In this document: piece after piece, positions 23,601-35,600 of the stretch | Numbering within the stretch: the stretch's first letter is position 1 | How the letters are laid out: each line of letters opens with the position of its first letter | Assembly (NCBI GenBank): GCA_964252035.1 | Contig: OZ176201.1 | DNA: 64,000 bases | Strand: one strand, 5' to 3' | From: Podarcis erhardii | Lineage: Eukaryota | Translations under genes and position numbers: made by a program | Notes under the pieces: model-generated | The model's database searches: none | What the model was told of the DNA's origin: nothing | The model's input: the letters and a program-made list of their open reading frames with translations, nothing else

Positions 23601-26600
23601 AGGCTCAAAGCGAAATCGGAATGGGTTGTCCTTGCAGACAGCAAAATACTACCATCCAGTAGAAAAGTGGGCACCTGTTTTACCAGCTTGATAAGATTTG
23701 TGTTCAGGACTTGAAAAGATTAACTCCCTCCTCACCCCAGTTTTTCCCTTTTTCTTTTGCTGTACAACTGATTATTATTGAGTGAGGGAATAGGAGAAGT
23801 CAAAGTATAGACCTTGTTCTTGTAGCAGCCTTAGAAGGTCCCATGGGTGAAGGGGGAAATCACGTCAATACCTTTCCAAGAGTTGCATGCAGACCAAATT
23901 ATCAAACTGGTCATCATCCTGGTCTGCAATCCAGGAAGACCAGAGATCAGCATGTACTGGGGATCAGTGCAAGGAAGACTGTAGGGTTTGGCTACATCAG
24001 AGCTACTGGTTTGTCCAGTGGGCAACTAACTAGCTTTTCCCAAAGAAAACATTAACTTGCCCCCACCCCATTTCCCCACTACCTGTTGCAACATTATTTT
24101 TGTGAAGATGCAAATGCACATATAGGTTTCAGGATGTTTAGAAACATATTGCTACACTCTCTCCACTTCTCAAGCAATAATAAGCTTCAAGGATGCAATA
24201 CTACCTGGGTTTGGTTTCCTTTGGAAGGAAATTCCTGGAGGCTTCTTAGAGTTTTGCAATAATTGTATTTATTTACAAATATACAGGTTGGTCACAGGTG
24301 CAGATTCAGCTCAAACACTCCAAAGGACAGCCAAAGTCTACTACTCCCACATCAGATCTCCAGAAATGAAGTCAGGAGCCTAAGGTGCTCATAGAACCCA
24401 AAGTCAGCCCCCTCCCTCCCTCCCCCCCCCCTCTCTCTCTCTCTCTCTCTCAAAATGCAGTTTCTATTCACATACAGACACCTCGGGAGCTTCCAGACTG
24501 TTGCAATTTTGTAGGTGGGATTCAAATGCATGCCGGTAAATTCAGGTCACACAATTAAGTGGATTTGGAGCTTCTTGGGCAACAAACCCTCTTCTCCCAC
24601 AAAACCAGCCTTTTTGCAGTAAGGAAAATAACAGAGAATCGCACTGGAAAGTGTAGAATAACAACTGCTTGATACAATGTCATTTAACCAGTGGTGTGTG
24701 GTCAGTGGACTAGGGGGACCAGGTTGGTTCCCTAAATGTTCCTGGTAAATTAGAGTGTTGAAGTATTAACGCCTGGTGCCTCCTTCCCAAAGCCCAGGAA
24801 GCTCACACGCATGGCATTGGGACATTGGGGCATCGCACATATGACGTTGGCATCCCACCCTATCGTCCTCATAAGCTGGTGCCTCTGGCCCTAACTTTTC
24901 CCCTACAAAAAAATTCACCAAACACCACTGCGTCTAACCTCTCTGCAGACAAATCAGAATGCTCAATATACAGCCATCATATAAACTTTTGTGCACATCA
25001 ATTAGGATAAATGCTCAAGAAACAAGTCACCTTTGGAAGTAACTGTAGATTATAGCATCTTTACATAAAGTGGAAGAAAGGAGAAATATCTTTTTTTTCT
25101 GGATATTTCTAAGAACAACCAGGCAATCTTCATAACAAAGGGAAGTTCCTTGTCAGCTCTGCCAGGCTAATTAAGGCAGTCTCCAGCAATTAATTTGCCC
25201 AGCTCCTCAGCTTACAACATGGGAGAGAGAACACCTTCTATTTCCCAAGACATGTTTCTATAAATCAGACTTGCTCTGAACAGCCATTTAATGTGATAAG
25301 TAGACATTTATCATCCTTCCTCTATTGTATTGGAAATGTATCCTAAGACAGAGGTGCGCATAAAGCTGCTGATAGGAAACATAGGAAGATGCCTTATACT
25401 GAGTCAGACCATTGGTCTATCCAGCCTAGGACAATCTACACTGTCTGGGATTTCAGGCGGGGAGTCTTTCCCAGCTCTACCTGGAGTTGGCAGGGATCAA
25501 ACTTGTGACCTTCTGCATTGAAAACAGCTGCTCTACCATGGAGGTACAGCCCTTTCCCTGAAGCAATGGGAATAATGTAAGTGGAGAACCCTGCTTAAGA
25601 AGAAGGTGTGGGGAATGGAGATAGAATTCAGGGACAGAAATGAAGTTGGGAATGAAATCTTGGCTGATTTAGCCCCATGCGGGGGAGATGCGCTCAGACA
25701 GAATTGGAGTAAAAGAATGTGAAAGCTAATCCTGATCTTCTCATGGCCATTCAACTCATCCCCTCCCAGCCACAGAATGAACAATTATTTTCCACAGGCA
25801 GAATTCCACCCACCTACACTGTATCTGTATATGTTCCCGCCTCTTGGCACAACGTTTTTGAGGGCTGCGGTCACCATAGCAACAGGATCCTCTCATGGGC
25901 TGGAGGATCAGGCAATGATGGCCAGGTGCAATGCATGGAGGAGTTGCTCTTTCTCCACTCCCCCATCATAGTGGTTGATGGGCCAATGTGACACTAATGG
26001 CACTTCTGCTCCCCCACAATGAAGCAACCATCAATTGCCACCCAACATAGACAACAGCCCCTCCCTAAGCCAACTACTCCAGCAGTGCGAGGGTGGGAAG
26101 TAGCTAACCCTGCAATTAACACAGACAGATACAGGGTAATTAGTGACTCAGGGTGACGAGCACCTCAAGGTTGTCTAAGGGACAAACACTCCCCCCACCA
26201 AAGCTGAAAATAGACCTGTAAGGGGAAAGACACCCTAAGCTCACATTGAGACCCAGTAATTATTTATCTCTTCCTCTTGTAAGGGCACGTACCACCACAA
26301 CTTCTCGAGTGATCTGAACTTGTTGCAAACAGGAAATGCAAATAAGTTGGCCTCAGGGCTTTGTCATGTGGCCTCTCAACACGGGTCTCCTTGAAACAGG
26401 ATTGATTAACATGAAATCTCTGCTTCTCACAATGCATCGTGAAGATTAATAAATTCATCTCTAAGAAAATGTGGAGTGCCCAACACTCAAGCAACATTCA
26501 CAACACCCTTAAGGAATTTTAGAAGCTCCAAGTTTTGAATACCAAGGTTGTGTATGAGGCTGGGAGAGAAGTAGACAGTCCACTTCAGAGTGAGACCTTT

Positions 26601-29600
26601 CGCCCCAGAAGCTGGTGTTCCTACCTGTGAGGTACATCTCTTCCCCTTCTGTGAACATCTGGTGACAACGCACACATCTGGCACAAGTGGGGTGATAATG
26701 CTTCCCTCCTGCCTAAACAAATGAATGAGAGAAAAGAAGATCATCAGGCAATCAGGTCTAGTCAACTTACGTTTCAACAGCACTCTTGTAAGAATTATTT
26801 TATTTGTTTATTATATCTCTTAAATCTTGACTATTGCCTAACATCCCCCTGCATCACCACAACACATCAAAATGTGGTTTACAGAAAGAATAAAGCAGCC
26901 ATCACCAACAACATAAAATATCATCACCAAAACAATTCTGAAGTCTGGCGGAACCAATTTTTTTTTTTTAAAAAAATGGTTTCTTAAAGCTATCAAGGAA
27001 GGGGCCCTGTGGCTAGATCAATGAAGAGAGTCCCAAGGTTAAATAAGGAGCCACAACCAAAAAGGATCTACTCCTAGGAGACAACAATCAAGGAAGAGTC
27101 CCAGAAGAGTGATGCTCTAAAATAACTTGATCTCTAGGTGGGAATCACAATCTGAAATACTTTAGAAAACTCAAAACCAGCACTTGGAAACTAAGGGCCA
27201 ATTCCATGTTATGTTAAACACATGGCTAGTCCTTGAGCACAAATTATTTCTTGCAGAAATAGGCAGCACTGACCAGCTCCAGTTCAGATCAGGACTGTGG
27301 TGTGTGGTGCTGGTGTCTGTGGGAGCTCTTTAACCCTTTGACCCCCACTGTGGTCCCAATCCAGACTGCTCCCCCATGCCTGCAATTTTCATGGCAATAA
27401 TAGCTGTCAATGGCCACTAGTTATGATGGCTCTGATGCCTCTGAATACCAGTCACTGGGGAACAACAGTGGGGTGGGCTAGTCATCTCATTGCCCACTGC
27501 GAGAAACAGTGCAGGGTGTTTCTTTTTTAATTCCAGTGCCAGAGTTCCAGGGCTCATCCACACTTCTACTTGCCCCACTACTTTCCCTTGGGAAAATCCA
27601 CTGTTTACCGCTGAATCAGAGCAAATGTCAACTGGGTTTTCTCCAGATTGATGTTTGCTCTGATTTAGCATGAAAGAGTGTGTTCTCCAGGGAAAAGTGG
27701 TGGGGCAAAGGCAAAACCACCCGAACTTATGCCTAGAAAGTACAGGACAAGTGGAAAACTACTTGGACTCCTGGTTTCTGGACACAGGAGAAGCAGAAGT
27801 GTGGACAAGCCCTGAGTTGCTACTGAAGTCCACTATGACTTAGCACTAGATGCTGCCTTTTACACGTAGCAAATGGAATACCTGGACATCAGAATGGCAG
27901 GTAGTCACTGAAACACAAAGTTGGTTCTTCAAACTCAGAATTCTGCATTAGTCTTTGACCTAATCTATGGGGTCATTCAAAGATTACAGAGGGAGAGAGC
28001 TTATAGGATCCACCCTAGTGATAGATAGCTCTGTGACAAAGAAAGCCCACAAGCTCAGATCTGTCACACTGAATAAAAGGGTCATCTTTTCCCACCAACT
28101 TTCAGCTTATGTCAATCCAGTGACTTTGCTAGAGTTGGGCAGGGTGACAAGTCACAGCACAGCCAAGCCCAGGGTGTCATCCTAGCTGTGAACTACCACT
28201 GGAATAGTGTGACATTCTTGTTTTACAAGCTGTCACTAAACGAGCCATCATCATCTGGCGATGCTGGACAGATCTGGCACTGAGCAATGGCTGCAATGAA
28301 GTTGAATGTTCAAGTTAGCCGCCCTGAGCCCGGCTTCGGCTGGGGAGGGCGGGATATAAATAAAATTTATTATTATTATTATTATTAAGTCTATGCTGGA
28401 TGAGCAAAAGCGGAAGCTATGTTTGCTATCTGAGTATTCAATCCTGATTTCTCTTGAGAGGGCAACTTTTATTTTTCTGTTGCCTTCAACAGGATTAGAA
28501 ATAGCAACCTACTATTTCGCCCACTTGTGATGTAAGAAGGCTGTTCTCCCTGCCCTTTAAAACAAGGATAATAGGCTTAATTGGTAGCTTGCTTCCATTC
28601 AAAAGTGTCTGCTAGGATTTCAATTATAGGCTCACTTGCAGGGCTTCAGAGCTCAGATGCAGCCACTGGTTTAACTTGGTGCAATCAGCCCCATTCTGTG
28701 CAAAGCACTGCTCCCAAAGGGACATTTTACAGCAGCAGCAGCAACATAATAATAATAGAAGGAAGGATGAGGGATTGTTGAAGGGTGTGGGAAGGGGGAA
28801 GGATAGTGAAGGCTTTTAATTAGAGAAGGGACTTTTAAAGCTAAAGCCAGCATTAAAACCAGTAATGGCTTTCCTAAGATAGGGCCATGTGAGTCTCGCA
28901 AGACATAGTTACCAGTTAGGCTGTCAGCATAGCAATCAAGCAATGGTGACCAGTTTTGCCAACCATTGGTGGGTAGTATCCACTGGGACCTGTAGACTGA
29001 TCAAGAGGCCAACAGATGGTGGCCCAGGAGCCACTGGCAGGTGCAATCACAGCCACTGGCAGGCAGAACTAATCGGTCCTAGTTCTGTCCCCATTCTCTT
29101 CCACCCTGCTGAGTTCTACAAGGGCAACTCTGAGACTGAGGAGGAGGAAGTTGACAGCAAGGGCCACTCTCTGGCCTGGTTGTAAGTAAGAAGGCAGGAA
29201 GGGCGGGGGCTGGCTGAGGGCAGACTGCGGTGGGTGGGACAGTGTCCCATTTGCCCTAATGTACTTCATGGCTTGTCATTTCTGCCGGAATAATTGTTGC
29301 ACAAAAATGGAACAAAGCCCATTGCTCTCCTGTGATTGTTCAACTGCTTGCCTATTTTATGGAGTTGCCAGGCCCTTGCCACAAAACCAGCCATAGAGTT
29401 CAGTGATGATTAAAGGCTGGCCCAGGCAGCCCGTCAGCCCATAGCATGCATCCTGGGGTTGTTATCTGCACCAAGTCCTGTATTTCTTGAGATATGCCCT
29501 AGTGCTCAGGGTTTCTGAGTGCAGTCATGGATGCGAGGGACAGAGCTTGCATGCACAACCCTGCCCTGTTCCCAGTTTGAGCCTGAACATTTTCAGGCAA

Positions 29601-32600
29601 ATGCCTGAACAGGTCTGATGCCACCAGATAATCTGGACACATGGGCAGCATCCACAACACCTAGTTAAATCCTGGGATGTCCTTCAAATGAAGACAGAGA
29701 GGCAATTCCTTCACCCACTTTGCACCCACCTCTCCTCTTCACCCACCATGTGCACTGACAGCTTTTAAATAAGCATTTTTATCGACAATGTAAGTCCTGC
29801 TCTGACCCTCGCTGCCAACAGCCAAAGCCAGTTTACTTGGATGTCAGAAACCCCACTCTGCATTTTCCATTATACAGAAAATGCAGATAATTTTTATACC
29901 AAACTCTTTTGGGAGTCAATTTGTCCTCAGTGCAAGCTAGGAAAGGTTGAACCTATTACTTTTGGTTTTTGTCAGTTTCTCATTTTTCTAATCTTAAATT
30001 CAGTCCCTGACATTTCCAAATCATTTTGCCCCCCCCCCCAGTGCTCCTGAAAATTCACCAGCATTTTCATGTGAATTTCTCATAACATACATAAACATGC
30101 AATTTGCCCCATTGTTATCACTATTTTTTTCACAAAGCATTGTTCCCTATCACAATGCGATTTTGTATATTATTTTCATTCAGTAAGTATTTTTATGCAC
30201 ACTTTATTCTAGAGTGTGCATTCTTGTGCACATTACTTGGCCAGAGAACTTTATTGTAAAATTCAAAGAAGTGCAAATTACAAAGCATGGCTGGGTTTCA
30301 GTTTGTGCATTGTTTCAGAAAGTGCAGATTTGGTAGGTTGAATGTGAATGGAATCAAATTCCTCCCTCATCCTGATGCAAGACTCATTCAACACAGAGAA
30401 AAGAAGAAGAAAAGGAGCCAGCTGAGCTGCTAAAAAGCCAACCAAGACCAGCGCTTCAGTCCTCTGTTATGTTGCTGCATTATCCAATGTTTCTCCTCGT
30501 ATGTTTCCTAGTTGTAAAGGGCGGGAATACGGAAATCAATGATGATCATGCAAATGGAGTGAATGAATCACTCAGTTGCTTACAGCTAAAAGCAACAAAT
30601 GTCTTCCTCCCCTCCCTGCTCCACCTTTGCAGAAATTCTCCAGTGCCTTCAGCGAGACACTCTCCCTGCTAATCTACGCATCCTCTGGAAGAGCTCCATG
30701 GAGATTTACGAGAATGTGTTGGCTGAGTCACTGCAGGATTTGCCTGTCACTAAAGTGATATGGGTATAAAATCAAATAACAGATTGATGCCATCTAATGC
30801 AATTGTGTCAAGGAAGCTGGCCGCTTAAGCCCAGAGACCCACTCTCAGAGGAGAAGTAAAAGGTTCTGTGGGATTTGCAACCCAATCCTATGAGCCACTG
30901 GACTAAGGTGGCAGCTCATATAGGATCAAGTGCTAAGCTCCCAGTGCAAAAGAAATGCCCTTGGGCTGATCCCACTAGTGCCGCAGCATCCCTTGGCATC
31001 CATCACTTTTCACCTGGCCCTTGCTTCATGCTGCCAAATGGTACTGGGGGGGGGGGGGAGAGAGCCCCTCACCTTTCCGTCTAGCATGCTATGGTCTCTC
31101 CTGGTCCGTAGAAGGTCTAGGGCTGGGACAATCGTGTGCTGCCCAATTCTACAGTTAAGTATGGACTACAAGGGATGTGTGTTGGGGGGAAACCCTCAAT
31201 CTCTTAATGAAAGAGCAGGATAAAAATAGGACAGAGAGTTTCTGCTAGGAATAGGTCTGGTTGGTTTGTTTTTTGTTTTAAATAAATTGTGACCATTTCC
31301 AAACATTGCTGCTCGTTCATGCAAGTTTCGCACAGCGTCTGCATGATGTCGTCCTCATCAAAATTCAATCCCATATTACTTCTCCATTTAGTCTACAGTT
31401 CCTTTGGTCCAGCAGCCAACTTGAAAAATATGTCATAATTGCATTTAGCTGGTTGCTTGATTTTATTGCTTTGTTTAACTGCCTTGGCTTTATAGTTTTG
31501 TTTATTTTGCACTTTGCTTTATTGTGTTTTATTACCTTTTGCTGGATTGTATTCATACAGTGAAACTAGAAGGGGCTACTCTTCCTTTCTGATTTGGTCG
31601 AGAACATTAAGAGACACGCTGGCCTTGGAACTAGAAGCACTTCTCTTGCTGGGTACCAAACCATCAAGCACACTTTCCCCATGGTGTTTTGGAGGCACGG
31701 TGAGTCAGAGGTTCCCCACCCCTGAACTAGATACTCTAGCCACCAAATCTAAACTGCCTTTTCTGGACTTGGTTTGACCGACAAGTGAAGGAAGTCCCTA
31801 AGCCGTCTTAGCCTCACCTCTAGCAGAGGTGCAGTTTCCAGACAGACCAAATCACAACCACCTTCTTTATTTTATACTGATTAAAATTACAGTCATTGTG
31901 AGAGCCCAGTGCTGCCTACTATGAATACACTGCTTATTATAATTCAAAGGGGTGTGTGTCACTGTCGTTCCTTTAAGACTCATTAATCATCCATAGCTGG
32001 CTGCACATCTTAGAGCCATATGGGACAACCAGAGGCGTAAGCATATGATGGCTGATTATGGCTGAGGATAGTTAGAGGCACACTTATGCCACACTTTGTC
32101 AAGAAGGATGATGGGAGCCTACTGCTTGGAGGGCAATAGGATCCTAGGCATTATTACCCTCCGGGCACCAAACTCCTGGGCATCCCCACCATCCTGTCTG
32201 ATTTGTGATCGCTGCAGCTAGCAGGCTTAGTCTTCCTAGGAGACACCACCTCCGGTGCTCAGCACGAGCAAGACAACCCCCAAGAGGCTGAATTTGCATG
32301 CCAAGATATGACTGGAAAAGACGGCAAAGGACTGTGCTCTGAATTTTTCTCAGAAGAAGAGGTCGCACCATGCCCACAGGACCTCTCAATTGCCCCATGG
32401 CTCTGCAGCCATCATTACGCAACACATCAGGCTCTCCTCTCCGCTTTGCATTGTGCTCCAGGGTCACATGCAGACTCTTCCCAGAGTCCAGCTGATCTAT
32501 TTCCAGCCAATCCCATCGTCAGGATTAGACAAGGAGTTCCCCTTGACCAGGCTCCAGGGATCCCCCTAGAGAGACGCAATTCAGGAAATCAAGGAGTAAA

Positions 32601-35600
32601 AAGAAGGTGCTGAATAAGGCTTGTCTGAAATGTTCTGGGAAATATGAAGGTCAGGTCCACTGTTTGTGTCTGTTTAGGGCAGCATAGGAGGCAGAGAAGA
32701 GAGATGTTTCTGAAAACGTGTCCTAAAATTGAGATACAGCAGCCTGGGAAGCTCACATTTGTTCTGTGTTTTCAGACATTTGGTTCCCCTCCATGTCAGT
32801 AGTGGAAACACAAGAAGTTGCCTTTTGCAGTTGAAGCAAAGGGACTCTTAGCCATTGAGCATGTCTCAGGAACTCAGCTCTGGAGAGCAAATCCAATGAT
32901 CTTGCTCTTCTGGAAGTCTTCCAACCTGCTCTATGCATTCTGAAGCTTACAATCAGGTCATTTCTGCTACTGAGCTGCAGCAACATTTAAGAGGTTGCAC
33001 GCCTAGTGCAGATCAACTGGCCAAATGCTTAGAATCAAGGCACTCTTCGCAGACTGCCCTCCTTTGTGCCAGGCAGTAAGATTAAAACACATTTCCAGGG
33101 CTGCTCCGCATGTCTTGGCTTGACTGTGTGGGGCAGACAGATGGGATGGAGGGACGACTGAATTGCAGCTGGCAAATTGACTTAATGCTTAAGCTCCTGG
33201 CCTTCAGAGGCTGCTTCATACGCTCTGGGTCTTAGGAGCCTTTTAGTGTGGGTCTTTGAACAGTCAGATGGTTGGATGTGTGGCAGCTCCATGTCAATTT
33301 CACTCTGGAGACAGGCCTTTATTAAAGTCTGGGAAGCAGATGGCCAGTGCAGGTGTGGAGAGGCAAAAGCTTGACATGAAACTGACAAGCACCTAACCAT
33401 GCAAAAGTGGTGTGTCCATGGATCTTTCAAAGTCTACGAAAAGGATCGTCTGTGGCAGGACTGGCAGGCCTCATTAAGTCCCTGCCAGGGCTCAGTTTCT
33501 GAGGAGAGAAGTGCCAAATTCAAGCCTTCCATCTGCCTTCCTCCTTGTTCCTAAATTGATTGTGACAGGCTGCAGTTGCTCAGGGGAAAACTCTGCACAT
33601 GCTCTGAGAAATTTTTCTTTATCATTTCTTCACATATTTCAGGGATCAGATGTGGCACTGGAAACAGATTCTGGAGCTGAATCTGTGCCCCAGCATGAGC
33701 TGAACCCCATTTAAATTCAGTGGGTGGTATTCAACTAAATTTTATTCAGAACAGACCCATTCCAGTGAATGACTACATTAGGACCATTAATTTAAAACTT
33801 AGTTGAATGCCACCCAGTGGCTGCATGCTTTAGGGGAAATTAATTCATTCTCTCTCTCTCTTTCTAAAAAAAAAAAAAAAGGACTTTAAAAGTAATCTTC
33901 ACTTATTCATGTTAAAGGAAGACCCAGCACAGTTTTAATCCACCTGGCTTGATGTTTACATTAACACAATGCTTCTGTTCTGCCATTCACTTAGACCCTT
34001 CCAACACCCTGGAGTGTCAACACTTTAATTATCTCACTCCACAAACCCTGTGGGTCCTGGAATGCTTGCCCTGGGCTCCCAAGTTTCTCTTTGCAGTCAC
34101 AGCCTTCATCCACCATGAATTCCTTTTGCCTGCTAGCACACTGCTGCATGGCTAACAGCTGTGCAGGATTTGTTGCCACAGCAACAGAGAGAGGCATGGT
34201 GTGGAACCTGGTGACAGAGCATTCTCTCAGGTAGATGGATGGAGAGGAGCATCTGAGAAATGAGCTCATGTCACCTGGAGGGCAGGTAGGGTAATTGATG
34301 GCTATTGCAGCCACAGAGACAGTCAAGCAGCATTGCTGAAATGCCTGGGACTTGGGAGAGGAGATACATACCTAGGAAGCTGCCTTACAGTGAGTCAGAT
34401 CACTGATCCACCCAGCTCAGTATTGTCTGCACTTGACGGGCAGCAGCTCTCTGGGATGGGAGACCCAGGATTTGGGGCTTTAATATTTCAACAACACTCT
34501 GTGCAACACCAAAATCTGGTCCCCCCTTCCATTGTTTGTCATTGTTGCAGTGCCTGCTGTGATACCCTCTCAGCTTGGCACTCAGTGCAGGCAAACCAGC
34601 CGTGCTCCCCTAAATACACCTCTGCCGGGATGTCAGACAGGGAATACTCCTAGCCCTACAGGGAGATGCTGGGGATCAAACTTAGGACCTTCTGCATGCA
34701 AAGCAGGTGCTCTAGCTCTGAGCTATAGCTCCTCCTTTTCTTCAGGAGCACTTGCAGGTGATCAGGAGTGATAGAATCAAAATCCCAAGAAGAAGGTCTT
34801 CTGTTGCAGGCTGGGAGCACAGATTGGGCACTTGATGGACAAAATGCCTGGCTACTTTTGCCTAATTTATTTACGCACTTCAAGAGGTTACCATAATATC
34901 ATTTATACTGATCTGTGATGTGATCATATCTGGAATTCTGTGCACGGTTCTAGCTGCTGCATGCCAGAAAGGATATTGTAGATGCGTAAAAGGTACAGAT
35001 AAAGGCCACGTACCCCAAAATGACCAAGGGACTGGAGCAACTTCCCTATCAGGAAAGATCTGGGACTTCTTAGTTTAGCAAAAAGGCAAGAAAGTGGGGG
35101 AAACACACAATAAAGGTTAATAAAATTATGCATAGTGGGGAGACTGTCGTTAGAAGATGTCTCCCAGCCTCATACTATAAGAACCTGTGATCATCCAGTG
35201 AAGCTAAACATTGGAAGATTCAAGACAGATGAAACAAAGGACTTCTTCACACAGCGCATGGTTAAACGATGGAATTTGTTCCTTCATTGCATAGTGATGG
35301 CTATCAACTTAAGCAATAGGCAAATTCAGGGAGGATGAATCTGTCCTTGGCTGCTTCTCATGACGGGGATCTGAGGCGGCATGACTCTGAATACCACTTG
35401 CTGGAGAATAATAGCAGGAGTGGGCGATGGTGCTCATAGCCTGATTATGGGTTTCCCAAAGGCATCTGGTTGGCCGCTATGGGAAACAGGATGGTGGGCT
35501 TGATAGGTCTTTGGTCTGACTCAGCAGCGCTCTTCTGATATGGGTCTGGCGCTTTATCAGAAGCTGAGGAATCTGTGGTTACCTAAAATGTGTTGGTGCA

